Positions 53,595-64,000 of a stretch of DNA of 64,000 bases are shown here, piece after piece (position 1 is the first letter of the stretch; the number at the start of each line of letters is the position of its first letter). Both the position numbers and the translations under genes were made by a program. A model generated the notes under the pieces. That model was not told the origin of the DNA, did not search any database, and was given only the letters and a program-made list of their open reading frames with translations. This stretch comes from Lytechinus pictus. Its lineage: Eukaryota. The stretch is taken from the NCBI RefSeq assembly GCF_037042905.1, contig NC_087245.1:33048001-33112000 (forward strand), read 5' to 3'.

Positions 53595-56500
53595 TAAAGT
53601 TGAACAACTTTTATTACATTCTTGTACTGTGTATAACAAGACTTGTCATATTTCCATTCAGACATGCAAAATATGAGTTATCTAACGTTCCTTCGGCTGC
53701 ATTCTAAAATATCCCCATGGCAATGACTACAATACAATAATTTAAATTCAATATTCTTGTAAAATATAATAACTAGCAGAATAATCAATGTTTCTCAGAC
53801 TCTGCATAAAAGTCATACAAATTTCATTTTTGTACACATTTATTTTGAATAAAAATTCTTTATCAATATGGAGTCCTGATAATTTAGGCCAAAATGGTTC
53901 TATATCTCATTATTCATTATGTGAGATTATGGCAGTCAATAAATATTTCCTATTCAATTTTATACCTATAATTATTTTGTCAATTTATTGACTTCTTCTT
54001 ATAAGAAAATAAATAAAAGCACGTAATTTATTTTCTTACTTAACTCAAGGAGGGGGGGGGGGGAGATATTACTGTAAGGTGAAGAGTGGTCTATCCATTG
54101 GTGCAATTCATAATGTGCTGTTTTCAGATTGAAATTTAATTATTTATCGACTAACTTCAAGTATACTGAAATAGTGACATTTGTTTTGGACGAAATTCGG
54201 CATGAGGAGACCTACATACGCTGTGAATTTTACGATAATATTCCAAGTATACAAAGACTCCGACAACATCTTTGTAATATACATTGATTCCAAACACATA
54301 TATTTTTACAAGTACAAGCATATACAAACACATTTATATACCACTACAATACTCATGCAGAAGCAAATAACATATTTAAAAATATTCATATTTATATATA
54401 TAATATATATATATGGTATCTACGTTTAATAGCAATGACATTTTTACTTGGTGACCTAGTATCATTGATTATGTCGCGCATGATATGTCATGAAAAAGTC
54501 TAATTCATTATGAAAATAACTGCAGCTCAAAGAAAAGTCAGTGGTAGTTTTATTAATATTTTTAAATATGTAATAGCATTTGTCCTTTCAATAGCAAGAA
54601 AATACTTCCTTTAAAAAGAGAGAAATCTTTTATTATGAACTGATTTTATTTCTTATTCTAGCCCTATCAATTTCATATTTCATCAGCATATTATTATAAA
54701 ATATTTCCCAAATCAAAACAGGGTGTCAAAAACATAATGTATATGGGGCACTTTATAAAAAAACATACTTTCGGAAAGAAAGACAATCATGTTTATGGCA
54801 TATAATTTTGATAACATGCTCAACTGTTATATCAGAATATTAATAGTATTATTTTATTATTGTCATTATCATTATAATTATCACAGATTTTTTACTATTA
54901 TCATCATTTGCTTTGTTCTTAAAAATAAAGAAGATAGAAATTGTCAAGATTAATATAAAAATGCTTGAAAGATTTGCGTTCAGAATTGACATTTAAAAAT
55001 TATATTATACGGTAAATGACTGACAAGTTTTAAAATGGGCATTTTTGAAATAGATAATGAAATAAGAATTTGTACCAGTAAAAATATAAATGACGTTGAC
55101 AGATGCATAATGCACCACTATGAATACATATGCAGCTAAAAACTTTGTATTTGTACATAATTCTTTTAAATAAATATGAGAGACAGGAAGAAATAGAGAG
55201 AAAACATAGATATATTATTCACAAATAAATTGCTCAAACACAACTTGGCACTTGGGAGCTCATAAATATAACATATAAAAGAGACATTAGCTTCCTTCAC
55301 ATCATTCATAAACAATAAAATGAGTTGTAAATATTACATATTTAAACTTGAAGGAACACAAACCATAACACAAAAAATTCTTCAATTTATTACAAATTGA
55401 TATCTAAAATTTAATTATATTAACCTAGAATATGCAAGGCAAACAAATTGCAATTTATATATTTTTTTTTGGAAAAATAACTTATTCCATTATTTTCTTG
55501 AAAATGCAAAACTAACTAAAATAAAAACAAAAAACCCCAAAATATTCAAATTTGCATTAAATATATTTCTGGTGTTATTTTGATAATAAATATTTGAGAA
55601 TTTCCAACAATCCCATGTGTTTATTTTCATTAGTATTGATATGGTTCACCGTCTGCCATCTACATACTCTCACTAACTAATAGATTTTTCTATGAATACA
55701 AAAAGTATCGATGAATCCAATTGTATGACAGTGTTTTCAAGTACATATGAAATATGTATATATATAATGAATTCCTTTTTTTGTAAATTTATTCAGATAA
55801 AAGAACAAAATAAAGTAAAATAATGCCATGCATTTTTTTTTAAGTACAGCAAGAAAACATTCAACATTAGAACATTCTCATGTAAAATCACATCGGTATA
55901 TAGTCATGCAATATTTTTTTTTTTAGGGATTCTAATTTACAGGTCAAAATTTCTTTATTTTTTATGAAAGAAAAAAAAATCCACTCCTAAAAACACTATA
56001 ATATACATAGCCTCTTTTAATTGCCCCATACAACTGTACTTAACAGTTGGTTTGCTTGCTTTCTTGGTATTAGTTACTTTGTTTCAAACTGTTCAACATT
56101 TATAGAAAAAAGTTGACATGCAAAATTCACATACAACAGTCTATAAGTCTGGGCCCCACAATCAGGATTTGCTTTCTGCAAGTACAACCCACGTCTGCCC
56201 CTAGAATCAGGATTTGCTTTTTTTGTGTTTACTATTGAGTTGACCATTTTTAAAGACAATCATGTTTAATCATATATCATACACTTCGTGAACTAGAAGT
56301 ATGATATTGATTCCTTGAAACCTCCTCGAGCAATTGCATATTAAGAAAGACCAGTGAATTACACTGCTTTCTGAATGGATTAACGGAACCTGCTAAACAA
56401 TGACCAACTACCAAGAAATATACTGCTTTCCTTGCCTGTGGTTTATATAGACAGGTTTCACTGTAAGCTTGTCGAGGGAAATATGAGGGGTTGTGCACAG

Positions 56501-57224
56501 CTGATAGAAAGTGAGTTGATGGCATATCTTTACATATCAATGGGAACAGGCTCCTTAATTAGTTCGTCCAATCTGAGTTTCATACTACTATTCAGATGTG
56601 ACTAATTGTGTGAAAGGCTTAATAACAAAGGCTCACATGAACATTCAAAAGTCCCTATCCACAAATTGATCAATCATAATTAGACATACTCCTCTTTAAA
56701 ATTATCACTCATTTTTACATAAAAATAAAGAAAATTCTCTGTATTTTTTTTCTAGAAAAGCTTGCAATACTGTCAATAAATACTAAGACAAAAATTTCTC
56801 AATTGTAAATTTCATAAAAACTGTACAAATCAGAGAGCATGAAAAATAGCGCTCCAAATTTATTTCATTTACAGAATCAAGGCAATTGAATTCATTCCAT
56901 ATCAAATCTTTTAAATTCACTGAATCATTTTCTTTCTCCTTTGAAGAGGAGCCAAATGGTTTTAGAAACATGATAAGACAATTTTTCGCTGAATGACTTT
57001 TAATGATTTATCATAAAATGAAAACATCTGACAGGTTCAAGCTGCATGTTGATTCATTTTTATCAATGAAATCGGTTGTAAAGCTGTTAAGATATGATGA
57101 TATACAGCATGCAATGAGACCCAATTCATGCATGCATTTGCATTTGACTGGCTCCCTCTATAGTTCATGTTAGGAGAAGCAGAGTTCATTGTCTGTGCAC
57201 TTCTCTCATTATTTGTCTCTATGC
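53595..57224 (-). other. TNS: Probable long 3' UTR of tensin (~3.6 kb)
   Basis: Very AT-rich stretch with no recognisable transposon, running from the stop codon to an AATAAA followed by a U/GU-rich tract. Confidence 0.55.
53610..53615 (-). terminator. Candidate distal polyadenylation signal AATAAA
   Basis: tttatt on the + strand. Downstream on the minus strand lies TTTTGTTTCTTACTTTCC, a U/GU-rich element; the repeat-free zone ends here. Confidence 0.5.
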
Positions 57225-57384
57225 TCAGGGTGTCTTGACTGATGATTTCGAGGCGGAGCCGAGCATTACCTTGGTAACAAAACTAACAATGGCGGAGGCG
57301 GGCTGCTCGACCTCCCAATCGGCAAAGAGATGGCACTGGTTGTCTGTCAGGCTGCCTGGCTTGCGGGCAACAAATCCAAAGATT
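57225..57384 (-). CDS. TNS: Tensin terminal coding exon: (K)[52 protein letters not shown]
   Basis: ttgcag acceptor at 57385-57386. FGFVARK..S.TDN.CHLFA....QPASAIV.FV.KVM is the tensin C-terminus; TGA at 57225-57227. Confidence 0.97.
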
Positions 57385-57752
57385 CTGCAAAACGGACAAC
57401 AAAGAATAAAATGACTTTTAATGAATGTTGATGGGCATCTACTCCTAGCGTGTGCACTATGTTAGCAATCTTTTTAGATTATATATTTTATATCATCCTA
57501 ATCATAATCACTATCTTAACACCCGTAACTGAATGCTTTAACATAATAAAACAAGTCGTAATTAATCTTGATTTCTCTTGATGAGAAATTAATATATACA
57601 CATAGACCTCTATTCAATTGTTGGATAATCGAAATAAACATTATTGATTTTGCATTTTGCTTTTCTTGATAAGAATTTAAGATTAACTTTCATTCTTTTA
57701 TCAACAAATCTTTCTTGTGTCTACTCCCATCCTAAAAGCCCAGCCGGATCTG

Positions 57753-58356
57753 GGACCCATTGAATAAAAGTTACCATTATGGTAAATTCCCGGGGGGGGG
57801 GGGGGGGGGGGGGGTCACTCTCCACATGGACTGCTACCCACCCGTGTCCGACAACCTCAGAAATGCACCCTAAACGGCGTAATGACATTATGTAAATTTG
57901 CAACCCTAAACGGCGTAACCCATGAGAAAAGCTACCCTAAGTGGCGTGAACGGGGAAATCCCCTAATTTGATACCCTAAGTGGCGTAAACACCAAAATCG
58001 ATTAATGTGATACCTGTGGACCGTGTGGGTAACGCATGCTGCCTAGTATAGAGCCAGGTGTAAGAGACTAGCTAGAACTGTACGGGGGTACGGGAGCGAA
58101 TGGTGCTGAAATGCAACCCTTTTTGCCAAAGACGTCAACGCCGCCCGAGTGCCTGAAACGGGACCCTTTTCGACGCTTTTTCCAGACGCGGTTGAGTAGC
58201 AGGCCATGTTGAGAGTGACCCCCCCCCCCCCCCCCCGGCGGTAAATTTGCCATGCAATGTTAACTTCCATGGAATCCTTGATTATGATTGGCCGTTGATC
58301 ATCGTTACCATTGGATGGCAAAGTTACCATAATGGTTACTTTTATGCAACGGGGCA
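57753..58356. mobile_element. Harbinger-type MITE in the last tensin intron, interrupted by a hAT MITE
   Basis: CTG duplication; homologous to 7492-7650. Confidence 0.85.
57789..58239. mobile_element. hAT-type MITE with poly-G/poly-C termini
   Basis: CCC(G)nTCACTCTC ... GAGAGTGA(C)nGGC; perfect 8-bp TSD GGTAAATT at 57781-57788 and 58240-58247. Confidence 0.92.
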
Positions 58357-58433
58357 CTGTCCCTGATTCAGACTTGATAATAATTTAACCTTTGCATGTG
58401 AAATATACAATTTAAATGATAGAAATAACTTAC

Positions 58434-58472
58434 TTCGCGTCAGCTACTTCTTGGCCTTCTCTCCTTGGGTAT
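58434..58472 (-). CDS. TNS: Tensin PTB small exon: (K)YPRREGQEVADA(K)
   Basis: tttttcag acceptor, GTAAGT donor, 39 nt, phase 2-2. Keeps the frame and fills the loop between DP.RK and IFGFVARK. Confidence 0.85.
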
Positions 58473-58734
58473 CTGAAAAATAGAACAAAATATTTAAATG
58501 GTGTTAAAGAAAAAATTTCTACAGCAGCTGGGTAACCTTACAAATATGTACATCTAAACCCCTCAAACAGGGACATTCCTAATATCATTTGTGTTTTCTA
58601 GATCATTTGAAATGTTGTAATGCGATCAAACTATGTGATGCTTTGAGCATCATAGTTTGAAACCAGAATAGCTTTTCTGCAGTTAGAGTGGACAGTATGT
58701 ATAAGAATCATTTCATGAATTTAGAAAGACTTAC

Positions 58735-58803
58735 TTTCTTGTGAGTGGGTCCATTCCACAGAAGAGGATTGACTTGACAGGGTAGTGCTTTCTGAAGAAT
58801 AAC
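58735..58803 (-). CDS. TNS: Tensin PTB domain exon: (K)LFFRKHYPVKSILFCGMDPLTR(K)
   Basis: ttgtcag acceptor, GTAAGT donor, 69 nt, phase 2-2. Matches tensin KLFFRRHYP..S..FC..DP. Confidence 0.96.
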
Positions 58804-59390
58804 CTGACAAAAAGACAAATAAAAACAAATATAAATAATGATGATGCAGATGCAGATCCCCAACAGGGATATAGTCAAGGCCAGGAATTCTGAGTCAGGA
58901 TGCCGCTAGAGAATAATTTCTCCCAAGACTCTGCCCAATGCCAATTCCAAGGCCAGCAAAATGTGGCCGAGGTTAGCCTTGGCTACATACCCGATCCTCG
59001 ACAAAAGAAGAAGAAATTTGGCATCCATACCAACTTAATGAGCAGGACACAGATGAAACCAGATCATTCCCTTATCACTCTTAGAAAACCCAATTGCAAT
59101 GGGCACCACATGACAACATTCATTTTCCATATTTCAAGTGCAAGAAAAGAACAGGCAGAAACTCGAAACTAGAAAATAAGTCAACTTGTCAAAAGTCTGA
59201 GCCACATTGTTGAGCAGGAATCCCACTGTGAGGATGCTACACAACTTTTCAATGCAGCTTTCCTGCAGTCCCAAATGTTTTTTCTATTTGTGATTATGAT
59301 GATTTGTTATGAACGACTGCTTGCAGGATTCCTGCGGGGGAAAGACTTCTGACAAGGTGCCTTAAAGGAGCTGATTGCATCGCGACTTAC

Positions 59391-59559
59391 TTTCTCTGTG
59401 TATCTGTGAGGGTGATTCCTTTGGAGGACACCTTGAAGTGGACGACAACAGCCTCGGGTTTCTTCTTGGCAGTCAATGTCTTGGTCAAGCCTTCTCGTAT
59501 AGCCTCAGTCCCCGTCAAGGATTCCATGTCAACGCTGTCGATGTACAACACTTTGCACG
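59391..59559 (-). CDS. TNS: Tensin PTB domain exon: (A)[55 protein letters not shown](K)
   Basis: cccag acceptor, GTAAGT donor, 169 nt. Carries the tensin-PTB hallmarks SVDMESLTG and [14 protein letters not shown]. Confidence 0.97.
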
Positions 59560-60670
59560 CTGGGGAGGCAAAAGAAAGCAAAAGGATATGTAATTTAAAT
59601 GAAAAGAAAGTTTCACCCAAAGGCAAGTATTGCAATGAAGAAAGGTGATTTCCATGAGCCTGAAAAAGAGGAAAGGCCACAAAGACTACTCAGAAGTCTT
59701 CGAACTTGATCTAATTTACCATGTCAAAACAGATTTGGTCTACTTAAGTCCCCATCATTCAGTCCAATCATCACTTTTTCTAATACTCAGTAAGACTAAT
59801 TATAATTGTGTCTAGTGATAAGAAACTCTAAAAAAAAATTTAATGAGAACCTAATATTCTCATTATGTCTGATGTAGGATTTAGTCAAAGAGAAGTGAAT
59901 ATTACTAGAGCTTAGACAAAATGGAGTTGGTGTCACATGGTAATTAGACCAATTGGTAATTTGAAACAAAAAGAACCCTGTTTTTTTGATGAGGTGGGAC
60001 TTCAACGAGTAGACGTTCACCTGCGATATTATCTTAACCAATTACCTTCATTGTCAACTTCAAATACCCTGTAAGGTCTTACATCACTTATACATAGATT
60101 TCAATATCATATGACCTTAACGAAATGATTGATTTTGTCACCACTCTGAGAAATCATTTGAAATGACAGAATTCAGAATCCCATTAATGAAAGGAAATTG
60201 TACCCAGCTGAGGTTGAATGGAGTTTTTGTTTGACGCTTGTAACTGCACCTTCAATCAATAAAGGTCATTAAAATGACCCGATAATAAATATATGGTTGA
60301 ACCCGTCTACAAACATGCCGATTATTACTTTAAATAAAGTACTTAAGTTCTTTTTAATCTTAAATAAGAAGTACTGTGAAAATTATATAATCAGTCCATT
60401 TCCAATGAATTTGACCTCGTAAATACCTCAATGTGAAATTAAAGATTAAAGTGATCAAAATGTACATGTATATGAAATGATGTGACAAGCTAATTCACAT
60501 GACTCATTACTTGGGTGAACTACACTTCATAGAATTCTGCGCAAACAACTCAACCCACTTTTTATTATCCTAAATTCAAAGTAAAACTTAAACCTGACAA
60601 AATATCAATTTCATCAATTTGGCAGGGGTTCAATAAACTTTTATGATCAAGGCTGTTCCATTGATCTTAC

Positions 60671-60745
60671 CTGCTCCCTGCTGTAATAACGATGCTGCTG
60701 ACTTGGGATCCAGACCTGCATCGGTAGCATCAGCACCTGATGGAT
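60671..60745 (-). CDS. TNS: Tensin exon (SH2-PTB linker): (D)PSGADATDAGLDPKSAASLLQQGA
   Basis: ttag acceptor at 60746-60747 and GTAAGA donor at 60670; 75 nt, phase 1-1. Splices in frame to give LLQQGAACKVLY, matching the tensin LLKQGAACNVLY motif. Confidence 0.92.
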
Positions 60746-61120
60746 CTAATATTCAGAGGGAGTGAAGAAAAAATAAAATACTTTCTTAAATTCTCTTGAA
60801 ATACTGCTTCATATAAACAAAATAACAGGTATGTGATTAAATTTTAAAGATTACAACATATACATTGAATTAGATTTTTATCTGTTTCTTGCTTCCATTT
60901 AACAGAGATTGAGATTGTTACAAATGGACTTGACTAAACGGTATAGACAATATATGCATGGTACTCTTGAAAAGAAAGAAAATGGATTATATTTAGAGCC
61001 AAACAAGAAGAATTATTTTTGTCACTAAGTTTTTAAGAACTTTGAGATTTGGTTGAAAAAGTGATGGTAAGAATTTGAACTCTCAAGCACAGAGGTATTA
61101 TTCTCCTGAGTCTTGTAACT

Positions 61121-61249
61121 CAGGCACGTACGAAGGGGGGGGGGGGGTTCAACCCCCCTTAGATTTTTTTTTGAAAACTTTTTTTTTGCTTGTCGAATTT
61201 TCATTCAACATGAACCCCCCCTTTAAAAAATCCTGCGTATACGCTACTG
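61121..61249. mobile_element. Short hAT-type MITE nested in an older MITE (to ~61506)
   Basis: CAG...CTG ends; TSD TTGTAACT/CTGTAACT (7 of 8 match). Confidence 0.75.
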
Positions 61250-61862
61250 CTGTAACTCAACGGTTAGCGATTAACCATATGCTTGATTTTAACGATTAAT
61301 TGTACATAGTAGTCAATGCAATCAATCGTAGCTGTGTCATTTTCCCCTTCCACAATTTTTTTTCTTTCTTATAAACCATAAACAGAACACAGTGCTCTTC
61401 GAAACACCCATAGAAAGCGCCTTATAAATGTTATGTATTATTATCATTATTAATCGTAGAATAATGAGTCTACGATCATTGCAAAGATTTGTGTTACGGG
61501 CCCCTGTGTTTAACCAACATTATATCATCTTTCAAATAATACAGTCACATCAACGAAACAGAATCCTAAGTGACCGATGATATGCCATTGGAAATATTGT
61601 AATAGCTTTGATCGGTCTGGAGTCGGTTTCATTGTGTGACCGAAGCTTATTCATCTCAAGTCACGTTCAATGGCTAAGGAGGTTATTTATGAGAAAGGAA
61701 AATAATCATGGAAGGAAAGACACATTAGGACTGATACAATCATAAAAAAGGAACAAACCACAAAACTTTCTAAATTCATCCCCAAAGTTTTCTTATCCCT
61801 TCCTAATCTGATATTACAGGGAAATGCTAAGAGCAGCATGGCATTTGTCACAGGTAAACCAG

Positions 61863-61992
61863 GGGAGCATTTCATAAAAGAAATAGTCATTAGCTATTGT
61901 TGTTCTAAGCTACTAAAATCCTTGACTCTGATTGGCTCAGAGCAAATTTGTCAGTGAAAATCTCCCAACTAATTTTTTCATGAAACACTCCC
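61863..61992. mobile_element. CWG-TSD Harbinger-type MITE
   Basis: CAG duplication; GGGAGCATTTCAT / ATGAAACACTCCC; central GATTGGCT. Confidence 0.8.
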
Positions 61993-64000
61993 CAGGAGAG
62001 GAAAAAAACAAGACATTGGGGACAACTTAACAGTGAAGTTTATGAACTTTGCTGATTCAAACGACATGGCTCATAAAATTTGTGAGAGCATTAAATGATA
62101 TAAGGGGGGAAAAAATGGATGTTTGCCAAAAAAGAAACCGAAGCCCTATGTAAGGTAGGCACCGATGATGCAACATATATATATATTTGAATAATATTGA
62201 TAGCCTTGAGATGAAGATGTAATATAATTATGAAAATTATGGTTCAATATTTAAGAATTTGACATGATGATGATTTGAAGCAATTGAATATTCCCATGTG
62301 TCCCTGAAATTTGTGATGCAATGCATGATAATGCCAAAAAAAAAATCATAACTTGCATATAAAATTTATCACCTTATGATGAACATAGATTTGAATAGAG
62401 CCAATGAATGGAGAGATGTTACAAACTATTCTGGATAAACCATTTAAAAAAATCTATTCACAGATACTCTAGCACTTGTTCCTGTTAATGCGGTAGATTG
62501 ATTGATACATCACATGCTGTAACTTGTGGCTTTTACTCAGCCGAGCAGGTTGGTGCCAAATTTTAGCCACAAAATTTACGCAAGTCATGTAAGTATGTGC
62601 ATCAAATTACATGTAATTTGAAACTGTAACAATAACAATGTATTTCAAGCAAAATATAAAATGAATAGAAAATTTGATAGAAAAGTCATTTGATTGCATG
62701 ATCATGTGCTTCTATTGTTCAGCAGCATTTAATTAGACCAACCTTGTTTTCAGTAATATATGTCAGTGTAAACAATATTCAATATTAAAGTTTATATGAC
62801 ACATTTACTAGTTAGACTGCAATAAGTAATAACACATCACAAAGAAATTAATACACCTCATGTCATACAGACAGTCCTTAAAAAAATAGAAAAGTACAAT
62901 TTTGTTTAGAATGTCTTTGTAAGGATGTTTGTAAATTAATCATATTTGAATATCAAATATTGGGTCACAATGGTACAAGCTTTCCCACGGTTGACTTAAA
63001 AAGAAATTGCAAATAGTTTAATATCATTTTGTCAGAATAACAGGACTTGTGTAGATGGTCATAGATGATTTCCTCCTGTCAATAAAGGTCCAAATATTAG
63101 TGCATTAAATCAGGCAAACGTCACTGAATGCTACATGAAACAGAAGGATGATCTGACCGCACAGATAGATGGTAGCGATTGGCAACATTTACGGAACAAT
63201 CATCATTTCCTTGAGCTATCGATGGCAGGTTGATTCCCTTTGACATATTGTTTACCACATGTCTGATATGTTTGCGTGAGTGATAATTTACAAATATCAC
63301 GTTTTTGGAGAGAATTAATCAAATGAGATCTGCATGATTGCTCGCCTATTCTGCACGATATTGAAGAGATTCGTTGAAGCAAAACCCCCAAAACACCAAA
63401 TCTATATTTAACATGTTGTTTCTCAGCAGCAAAGTTCCTACTCTGGTAGGGAAGTCAATGCCACAATACTAAAACTCAAGGCATGTATTAGAATCTACTG
63501 TTAATGTCATTAATGAACATATATCAGAATAAACAGAATCCTACTATGCAATAATCAGCTACAAGAGCTTGACAAGGACAGAAATTAGCTCTGATCAGTT
63601 CACGATTTCTCAATAGCGATTAGAAATAAGATCTTGAAAGATGTTTCCCTATTTTTTAAAACTTTTTTCTAATGACAATACAATGAACGCTATTAATTCA
63701 AACTTGATGTGAATGGATTGGCAATACATGTACATTCCCAAACCTGTTCCAAATATTGCCTCTGGAAATCTGAATTTCACTTTATGGATGAATTTTCCTC
63801 TGCTCTTGTAATGTGTACAATATTTTCTCCACTTTATATGGGCACCCCCACCCCCCCCCCCAAAAAAAAAATAAAACCCCACCAAAAATAATCAATTACA
63901 AAATATCTTTACTACAAGAGCTACATTCCACACAGACAAAACCAATTAAATATGTAGCTTTACTTTTATAAACCAGAAATGACCTGATAATTTTTTTTCT

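Noticed and set aside
60750..64000. Tensin SH2 exons
   Set aside because: No SH2-like translation found; this is intron and the upstream exons lie beyond the window.

Overview
AT-rich animal genomic DNA with long introns; the repeat types suggest a sea urchin or similar invertebrate deuterostome (inference). The right end (57225-60745, minus strand) holds the last five coding exons of a tensin gene (SH2-PTB linker and PTB domain), followed by a probable ~3.6 kb 3' UTR. A short intergenic stretch (~47-53.5 kb) contains a (CAT)n microsatellite. From ~46.9 kb leftwards the window looks like the 5' half of a second, unidentified minus-strand gene with several candidate alternative first exons. 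Three of these end in phase 0 with different N-termini; the gene body would lie left of the window. The introns are dense in non-autonomous transposons: PIF/Harbinger-, hAT-, Kolobok- and CACTA-type MITEs, Helentron-derived (HINE/pearl-like) tandem-repeat elements, SINE pieces and LINE 3' ends, often nested. The most striking structures are an 8.17 kb element bounded by 150-bp TIRs (TAG...CTA, AcademH-like) carrying old cargo, a 1,046-bp palindrome extending beyond its central MITE, and repeat-borne nuclear-receptor DR1, RFX X-box/CCAAT and octamer motifs. Almost all ORFs in the supplied track are spurious.
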